NCBI GenBank assembly: GCA_013696105.1
Contig: JACCZE010000230.1
Span: forward strand, 1 to 58,472
Length of the DNA stretch: 58,472 nucleotides
Direction: 5' to 3'
DNA from: Planctomycetota bacterium
GTDB lineage: Bacteria > Planctomycetota > UBA11346
Shown: positions 32,543-39,442 of the stretch, in pieces
Position numbering within the stretch: position 1 is the stretch's first letter
How the letters are laid out: the number at the start of each line of letters is the position of its first letter
Made by a program: the position numbers and the translations under genes
Notes under the pieces: model-generated
The model's input: only the letters and a program-made list of their open reading frames with translations
Database searches by the model: none
Told to the model about the DNA's origin: nothing

Positions 32543-34207
32543 ATGCGTACCCATGGTCCGACCGCAGAGGGCGTCACTCCCGCCAGCACCGAGCTCGGCG
32601 TGGTCGCCCAGCTCCTGAAACGGCTCGACAAGCTCAACGCCATCGGCATCGCCCTGTCGTCCGAGAAGGACCCCATGCGCCTGGTCGAGCAGATCCTGCT
32701 CGGCGCGAAGGACATCACCAATGCGGACGGTGGCACGGTCTATTCCGTGACCGGCGACGGCACGCTGCGCTTCGAGATGCTGCGCAACGATACCCTCGGC
32801 CTGGTGATGGGCGGTTCGAGCGGCGTGACCATCCCGTACAAGCCGCTGTCGCTGCGCCGCGAGGACGGTTCCGCCAACCACGCCTCGGTGGTCGCGCATG
32901 CGGTGGTCACCGGCGACACGGTGAACATCCCGGACGCTTACCACGCCGACGGCTTCGACTTCGCCGGCACCCGGGCGTTCGACGCCAAGACCGGTTACCG
33001 TTCGACGTCGATGCTGACGGTGCCGATGCGCAACCACGAGGGCGAGATCACCGGTGTGCTGCAGCTCTTGAATGCGCGCACCGACGATGGCACCGTCTGC
33101 CCTTTTTCCGAGTCCGAGCAGCGCCTGGTCGAAAGCCTGGCCTCGCAGGCCGCGACCGCGCTGACCAAGCACGATCTGATCGAGGGCATGCGCAAGCTCT
33201 TCGAGTCGTTCGTCCAGCTCATCGCCACCGCGATCGACGAGAAGTCGCCGTACACCGGCGGCCACTGCCGCCGCGTCCCGGAACTGACCATGATGCTCGC
33301 CGAAGCGGCGGCGCGGGTGAAGGCCGGTCCGCTGGCAGGCTTCAGCATGTCCGAAGGCGACCGCTACGAACTGCACATCGCTTCGTGGATCCACGACTGC
33401 GGGAAGATCACCACGCCCGAATACGTCATGGATAAGGCGACCAAGCTGCAGACCATCTACGATCGCATCGGCCTGATCGAGACGCGCTTCGAGATCATCA
33501 GGCGCGACCTCGAGATCGCATCGCTGCGCGCGCTCGCCACCGCGCCGGCGGACGGACGCGCCGCGATCGAGGCCGACCTGCGCACCGCGCTCGCCGCCCT
33601 GGACGAGGATCTGGCGTTCATCCGCCGCGCCAATACCGGCGGCGAATTCATGAAGCCCGAGGATCAGGAACGCATCCGCCGCGTGGCGATGCGCACGTGG
33701 CGGACCCCGGAAGGGGACCTGCAGCCGCTGCTTACCGACAACGAGGTGCGCAACCTCACCATCGCCAAGGGCACGTTGCTTCCCGAGGAGCGCGCGATCA
33801 TCAACCACCACATGACCGCGACCATCAAGATGCTCGAATCGCTGCCGTATCCCAAGCACCTGCGTCGCGTGCCCGAGTTCGCCGGCGGCCACCACGAGCG
33901 CATGGACGGCAAGGGCTACCCCAAGGGCCTGACGCGCGATCAGATGTCGGTGCAGGCGCGGGTGATGGGCATCGCCGACATCTTCGAGGCGCTGACCGCC
34001 GACGATCGCCCCTACAAGAAGGCCATGAGCCTGAGCATGGCGCTGGGCATCCTCGGTCGCATGGCGGGCGAAGGCCACATCGATCCCGACCTGTTCGACG
34101 TCTTCATCAGCGAAGGCGTGTACCTCGATTACGCGAAGAAGCACCTCAGTCCGGAGCAGATGGATGCGGTCGATCTCGCGAAGATCCCGAATTATCGCAA
34201 GAGTTAG
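32543..34207 (+). CDS. GAF + HD-GYP cyclic-dinucleotide phosphodiesterase
   Basis: GAF (FDAKTGYRSTSMLTVPM), SPYTGGHCRRV, HDCGK, HHERMDGKGYPKG, ADIFEALT.DRPYKK. Confidence 0.92.
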   Translation: MRTHGPTAEGVTPASTELGVVAQLLKRLDKLNAIGIALSSEKDPMRLVEQILLGAKDITNADGGTVYSVTGDGTLRFEMLRNDTLGLVMGGSSGVTIPYKPLSLRREDGSANHASVVAHAVVTGDTVNIPDAYHADGFDFAGTRAFDAKTGYRSTSMLTVPMRNHEGEITGVLQLLNARTDDGTVCPFSESEQRLVESLASQAATALTKHDLIEGMRKLFESFVQLIATAIDEKSPYTGGHCRRVPELTMMLAEAAARVKAGPLAGFSMSEGDRYELHIASWIHDCGKITTPEYVMDKATKLQTIYDRIGLIETRFEIIRRDLEIASLRALATAPADGRAAIEADLRTALAALDEDLAFIRRANTGGEFMKPEDQERIRRVAMRTWRTPEGDLQPLLTDNEVRNLTIAKGTLLPEERAIINHHMTATIKMLESLPYPKHLRRVPEFAGGHHERMDGKGYPKGLTRDQMSVQARVMGIADIFEALTADDRPYKKAMSLSMALGILGRMAGEGHIDPDLFDVFISEGVYLDYAKKHLSPEQMDAVDLAKIPNYRKS

Positions 34208-34373
34208 GGGCGGTGGTCTTGCGAGCGGGTTGGCCACCTTGCCGTGGTGCCTCGCCTCGCAGTCTCCAATGTAGCATTGGACTAGTAGAACCTGGGTCGG
34301 GTGGCGCAACCTGCTGCAGGAAAGTATATTGCCTCTGCAGTCATAGGGAGTCGCGAGGCCCGTAGACATTTCG

Positions 34374-37184
34374 ATGCAAGAAAACACCGCCCACAGGGGA
34401 GACATAGGCATGGACGCCCTCACGGAGGAGATCGATGGGGATCTGCTGCAGAGCTTCGTGGACGGCGAAGCCACCGAGCGGGAACACGCTTTCGCCGGAC
34501 TCGTGCACCGTCATGGCGCCATGGTGGTCGCGGTCGCCCGCAGACATGTCGGCCCGGCCGATGCCGATGACGTCGCGCAGGCGGCCTTCCTCGTGCTCGC
34601 GCGCAAGGCGTCGGCGCTGCGTTCGCATCCCTCGCTCGCGGGGTGGCTGCACCGCGTCGCCCGCAACATCGCCCGCCGGCATCGCGATGCGACCGGGGTG
34701 CGCTCGCGGCGCGAACGTCAGGCGGTGGTCGTGAAGGCCGCAGACGAGCCCGTCGCCTGGCGAGATGACCTCGATGAGGCGCTCGCGCACCTGCCCGAGC
34801 GCTATCGGACGCCATTGGTGCTGCATTACCTCGAGGGCTGCAGCCAGGAGGACGTGGCGCGGACCCTCGATGTGCCCGCGGGCACGCTCGCATCGCTGCT
34901 GAGTCGCGGCCGCGATCTGCTGCGCACCAACCTCGCACGGCGAGGCGTGCGCACGAGCGCGCTCGCGATCCTCGGCGCGGCCGCCCACGACGCCGCTGCT
35001 GCTCAGATACCCGCGTTCGCGCAGCCGCTCGCGGTCGCGATCGTCCGCTCCAAGCCCTTGTCCCCCGGAATCACCTCGCTCGCCAACGGAGAAATCACGA
35101 CCATGGCTCTGCACAACCTGTCGCTCACCTCTGGCATCGCGGCGTCTCTCGTCGCCATCCTCGCCCTCGGTCTATCGTTCGGCCGCGCCTCGGCGCAGGA
35201 GCCGGTGACGCCACCCAAGCCCGCGCCCAAGCCGGCCGCGACCTCCCCGGCCAAGGTCGGCTTCGTGCCCCACATCAAGGTGCTGTCGGACAAGGTCCCC
35301 GACGTGTCCTCGATTGATGCGTGGAAGAAGTCGTACATCACCGAGGGGATGACCGACGAGCAGAAGGGCATGGCGTGCTGGAAGAGCGTGTGGACCTACC
35401 AATACCAGGATGGTCCGCCGTGCGAATTCCTCCAGCACGACGACATCGTGTACGATGCGATCAAGGTCTTCAACGTCTACGGCTACGCCATGTGTGGAAA
35501 CGCCGCGGCGCACATGATGTCGCTCGCACGCAACGTCGGACTCGAAGCGCGCAGCTACGGCATCAACGCGCATAGCGTCGGCGAGCTCAAGTGGGGCGGC
35601 TCCTGGCACCTGCTCGATCCGTCGCTGATCAACTACTTCCCCAAGGCCGACGGCCAGCCCGCGAGCGTGGCCGAGATGACCGCCGGCGTGCAGGAATGGC
35701 TGAAGGCGCATCCCGAATGCATGGACGAGAAGGGCCGCGCCCGGGGCGACAAGATCAAGGAACTGCACGCGCAGGGCGGTTGGATGGGTTGGAAGCAGGG
35801 CCCCGAGATCCTCTCGCGATGCCCGACCTGGGGTGACCGTGGGTGGTACCCGGCGAAGACCCACGGCTGGTACTCGACCATGCAGGAATACGACGGCGGC
35901 GGCGGAGGCACGGGCAACACCCAGTTCCTCTACGAGTACGGAGCGTCCGAAGGGTATCAGGTCGACATCCGTCTGCGTCCGGGCGAGAAGTTGGTGCGCA
36001 ACTGGTCCAACAAGGGCCTGCACGTCAACATGGGCAACGCCAATTGGGGCGCCCCGGGTTGCCTGAACATGACCGTCGATCAGCTGGTCTACAGCCGGGC
36101 CAATGGCGACCTCACCAACGGCCGCGTCGGAAACGGTACCCACGACTACGTCGTTCCGCTCGCCGATGGCACCTTCAAGGCCGGCGCCTGGCAGATGGAC
36201 AACCTCGCCTGCACCGCCGACGACAAGGCCAAGCCGGCGCTCCATGCCAAGAATGCCGCTGATCCCGCGTCTCTGGTGATCCGCATGCCCACCAGCTACG
36301 TCTATCTCACCGGCACCGCCAAGGCTACCGCGGTGGTCGGCAAGGACGGCTCGATCGCAGTCCAGTTCAGCGACAACAACGGTCTGGATTGGAAGGACGT
36401 TTCGACCATCAACCAATCCGGCGAGACCAGCATCGACCTCGCGCCCTTCGCGGTTCGGCGGTACGATTACCTGCTCAAGCTCACCCTGAAGGGCGCGGGC
36501 ACCGGTTTGGATGCACTCACCATCAGCCACGACGTGCAGCATTCGCAGCGCGCCCTCCCGGCGCTGGCCGAGGGTGATAACGCCATCAGCTTCAGCGCGG
36601 GCATGCCGGAACAGACCATCACGGCGGAAGCTGCGACGACCGATGGCCACGAGAAGTACCAGGTCACGCCCAAGGATTTCCACGCGGTCGCCACCGGCTT
36701 GTCGAACTACCGCAAGGTCGAAGGCAAGACCGGCGATCTGACCGTGCCGATCTCGACCCCGGCCGACATGGTCCGACTGCGTTTCGGCGGCTTCTATCGC
36801 AACTGGAGCGACCAGGATTCGTGGGAATACCACGTGTCGTTCGACGATGGCAAGACCTTCAAGAAGGTCTGCGACGCACCCAAGCAGATGGCGGGCTGCA
36901 CCAAATACATCACGGTCAGCGACATCCCCACGGGCACGCGCAAGGCGCTGGTACGCTACGTCGGCAACTCCGCCGCCGCGACCATGCTCTGGAGCTTCCG
37001 CATCGATGCGGATTACGTCGCTCCGAACGCTGGCTTCGCACCGGTCAAGGTGACCTATACGTGGGACGAGAGCGGGCAGGAGAAGACTGACGTCCACATC
37101 GCGACCAAGGCGGAGGACACCTACAAGATCACCTGCGGCGCGAAGACGACGATGAAGTCGATCGCCCTCGAGTTGGCTCCGTAG
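34374..37184 (+). CDS. ECF sigma factor fused via a TM/signal segment to an extracytoplasmic transglutaminase-like domain and a beta-rich region
   Basis: Sigma2 (AFAGLVHRHG, ADDVAQAAFL, LAGWLHRVARN) and sigma4 (LDEALAHLPERYRTPLVLHYLEG...GTLASLLSRGR); hydrophobic segment at aa 244-274 ending ASA-Q; C374/H400/D415 in the pattern CG...HxxxE.....W...D. Confidence 0.85.
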   Translation: MQENTAHRGDIGMDALTEEIDGDLLQSFVDGEATEREHAFAGLVHRHGAMVVAVARRHVGPADADDVAQAAFLVLARKASALRSHPSLAGWLHRVARNIARRHRDATGVRSRRERQAVVVKAADEPVAWRDDLDEALAHLPERYRTPLVLHYLEGCSQEDVARTLDVPAGTLASLLSRGRDLLRTNLARRGVRTSALAILGAAAHDAAAAQIPAFAQPLAVAIVRSKPLSPGITSLANGEITTMALHNLSLTSGIAASLVAILALGLSFGRASAQEPVTPPKPAPKPAATSPAKVGFVPHIKVLSDKVPDVSSIDAWKKSYITEGMTDEQKGMACWKSVWTYQYQDGPPCEFLQHDDIVYDAIKVFNVYGYAMCGNAAAHMMSLARNVGLEARSYGINAHSVGELKWGGSWHLLDPSLINYFPKADGQPASVAEMTAGVQEWLKAHPECMDEKGRARGDKIKELHAQGGWMGWKQGPEILSRCPTWGDRGWYPAKTHGWYSTMQEYDGGGGGTGNTQFLYEYGASEGYQVDIRLRPGEKLVRNWSNKGLHVNMGNANWGAPGCLNMTVDQLVYSRANGDLTNGRVGNGTHDYVVPLADGTFKAGAWQMDNLACTADDKAKPALHAKNAADPASLVIRMPTSYVYLTGTAKATAVVGKDGSIAVQFSDNNGLDWKDVSTINQSGETSIDLAPFAVRRYDYLLKLTLKGAGTGLDALTISHDVQHSQRALPALAEGDNAISFSAGMPEQTITAEAATTDGHEKYQVTPKDFHAVATGLSNYRKVEGKTGDLTVPISTPADMVRLRFGGFYRNWSDQDSWEYHVSFDDGKTFKKVCDAPKQMAGCTKYITVSDIPTGTRKALVRYVGNSAAATMLWSFRIDADYVAPNAGFAPVKVTYTWDESGQEKTDVHIATKAEDTYKITCGAKTTMKSIALELAP

Positions 37185-37321
37185 CGTTCGGGCACCGCAA
37201 ACCATCATCGAACGTCGCCGGTGGCACTGCCGGCGACGGATAGCTCGGCAGGGGTTTCGGCGTGGCGGTCGCAAGAAGGCAACGATCGACCGACCGTTGT
37301 AATGGTCGGACCCGGAATCAG

Positions 37322-37349
37322 GTGCACAACGAGTCAGCGTGATCGTCTA
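37322..37349 (+). promoter_or_regulatory. Possible ECF-type promoter upstream of the small peptide ORF
   Basis: GTGCAC-N16-CGTCTA; a CGTC -10 element and 16-nt spacer are typical of ECF promoters; single site, unverified. Confidence 0.3.
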
Positions 37350-37501
37350 GTATGGTGTGAGCGTGCCGGCGTCCTCGCTGGCCGCAGCTCATTGCGGAGG
37401 GTGCGGAGCCGGGTCACCGGCGCCGTGCCCGTCTGCGCACAACCGAGCATGGCAGGCGATCGCCTCACGCCGCGCTCCACGCGACCCGGAAAGGGCACAC
37501 C

Positions 37502-37636
37502 ATGAAGACCATCTCCACCGAGACCATGCAATCGATCCAGGGCGGCATGCTTTGGTCCGGCCTTTTGTCGGATAATTACCGCTTCACCCCGGCGTGGGCT
37601 GGCCCCGGTAACGTCATTGACATCCGCTGGCTGTGA
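37502..37636 (+). CDS. Double-glycine-leader peptide precursor (bacteriocin/RiPP/pheromone-like), 44 aa
   Basis: MKTISTETMQSIQGG|MLWSGLLSDNYRFTPAWAGPGNVIDIRWL; purine-rich GGAAAGGG RBS 6 nt upstream; hydrophobic residues at -12/-7/-4 and Ser at -11 before GG. Below the ORF-track length cutoff. Confidence 0.7.
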   Translation: MKTISTETMQSIQGGMLWSGLLSDNYRFTPAWAGPGNVIDIRWL

Positions 37637-37824
37637 TGAACCGACGGGGCCGGTGCCGGGGGAGGTTGTCAGCCTGCACCTGCCCGTCCCTGGAATTATA
37701 GAGGATTCAGCCGCCTCTCAGGCGTGTGGCGCATAGTGCCCTGGTGCCGGCAACAGTTCCTGGCGCCAGGGCGTCCAGCATCGCCTCACGCGTGGTGGGC
37801 ACGCCGGGCGCGCGCGGGAGCCGC

Positions 37825-37926
37825 ATGGCGATGCATGAACCGCTTCGCGACCCACCGGGCCACAGCGACGAGCAGGAACTTCCGGAAGAGGAATTTGAAC
37901 ATAGGGCCTCCGCAGCTTGGGATTAA
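37825..37926 (+). CDS. Possible small acidic peptide (33 aa)
   Basis: GGGAG RBS then MAMHEPLRDPPGHSDEQELPEEEFEHRASAAWD; no family recognised. Confidence 0.3.
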   Translation: MAMHEPLRDPPGHSDEQELPEEEFEHRASAAWD

Positions 37927-37936
37927 CCAGCTGATT

Positions 37937-39262
37937 CTAGCGGGTTATCAGCTGCGTCACCTCTGCGAGCTTGGAATCCCTCGACGCGGGGGTGTCGGCT
38001 TCCAGGTTCAGCCGGACGACGGGCTCGGTGTTGGACGCGCGCAGGTTGCACCACCAGGTCGGAAACCGGACGGTGACGCCGTCGAGTTCGCTGACCTTGG
38101 CGTCAGGCATGGAGCGGATGCGATCCATCACCACTTTCGCATCGGGCACCTTGAAGTTGATCTCGCCGGTGTGGTAATACTTCTGCAGGGGAGCCATGAG
38201 CGATGAGAGGCTCTGGCCCTGGGCAATGATGTTCCCCAGAAGGAGGAAGGCATAGAGGCCGGAATCCGCGCCGTAGAAATCGCGGAAGTAATAATGGCCG
38301 CTGAGTTCGCCGGCGAACGACGCGTGGTGCTCCTTCATGGTCTGCTTGATGAAGGTGTGGCCGACCCGGGTTTCGACCGGGGTGCAGCCGAGCGAGTGGA
38401 TGAATTCCGGGACCACCTTCGAACTGCGGAGGTCGTAGACCATCGCGCTCGGGCCCTCGACCGTGGCGAAATGCTTGGCCAGCAGGGCGGTGACCAGATC
38501 GCAGGGCACGATGCCACCGCGCTCGTCGACCAGCGCGCAGCGGTCGCCGTCACCGTCGAAGCCGGCGCCGAAGTCGGCATTCTCTGCTTTCACCCGGGCG
38601 ATGAGGTCCTTGAGATTCTCGGCCTTCAGCGGATTGGCCTCGTGCCGCGGGAAGCGACCGTCGGGGTCGAAGTACATGGGAATGAGGGTGATGCCGGTGA
38701 GCTTGGGCAGCAGCGCCTGGAACATCGTGCCGATGATGCCGTTGCCGCCGTCGACCACGACCTTCAGTGGTCGGGTTGGCGTGAACAGCTTGGCCAGCAG
38801 CTGCGCATAGGCGTCGATGGTGACCGCCTCCTCGACGCGACCTCCGTCCTTCTTCATCACGTTCTTCGAGCGGGCGACCTCCTCGATCTCCTCCATGCCG
38901 GTCCCGGCGCCGACCGGCTTGAAACCAGGCGCGGTGATCTTGACACCGCCGTAGGCGGCCGGGTTGTGGCTGGCGGTGATCTGGGCCCCGCCCGCGGTAT
39001 CCAGGTGGTGCATGGCGAACGTGACGCCGGGAGTCGACAGCATGCCGACGTCGACGACCACCACTCCGGCATCGACGAGGCCGTTGATGAATGCGGCTTT
39101 GAGCATCGGCCCGGACACGCGCATGTCGCGTCCGACCGTGTATCGCTTGCCCGCGAGCCCGAGGACCTGGGCGGTGGCGTTGCCGATGCGGTAGGCGAGG
39201 TCTTCGTCCAGTTCCTGGGGATAGAGGCCGCGGATATCGTAGGCTTTGAAGGGATCGGGCAT
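37937..39262 (-). CDS. Phosphomannomutase/phosphoglucomutase
   Basis: FKAYDIRG, GRDMR, ITASHNP, FDGDGDR, GELSGH, LRASNTEP; start MPDPFK at 39262. Confidence 0.95.
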   Translation of the reverse strand: MPDPFKAYDIRGLYPQELDEDLAYRIGNATAQVLGLAGKRYTVGRDMRVSGPMLKAAFINGLVDAGVVVVDVGMLSTPGVTFAMHHLDTAGGAQITASHNPAAYGGVKITAPGFKPVGAGTGMEEIEEVARSKNVMKKDGGRVEEAVTIDAYAQLLAKLFTPTRPLKVVVDGGNGIIGTMFQALLPKLTGITLIPMYFDPDGRFPRHEANPLKAENLKDLIARVKAENADFGAGFDGDGDRCALVDERGGIVPCDLVTALLAKHFATVEGPSAMVYDLRSSKVVPEFIHSLGCTPVETRVGHTFIKQTMKEHHASFAGELSGHYYFRDFYGADSGLYAFLLLGNIIAQGQSLSSLMAPLQKYYHTGEINFKVPDAKVVMDRIRSMPDAKVSELDGVTVRFPTWWCNLRASNTEPVVRLNLEADTPASRDSKLAEVTQLITR

Positions 39263-39276
39263 GGGAGGATGGGGGC

Positions 39277-39372
39277 CGGTGGTTGGTGGATGGTGGTCGG
39301 TGGTCAGGAGCGTACGGACGTCCCTGGTTGGTACGGGCCGACGGGTGAACCACAAACCACAAACCACCAACC
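39277..39372. repeat. Inverted array of 7-bp GGTGGT(T)/AACCAC(A/C) repeats in the divergent pgm-purL spacer
   Basis: ggtggttggtggatggtggtcggtggtc ... aaccacaaaccacaaaccaccaacc. Confidence 0.75.
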
Positions 39373-39442
39373 CGGCGCCCCTCCGGCGCCACCCCGCCAC
39401 GACTTGCCGCCCCCACCGGCGCTCCACACTACCGCCGCACCC

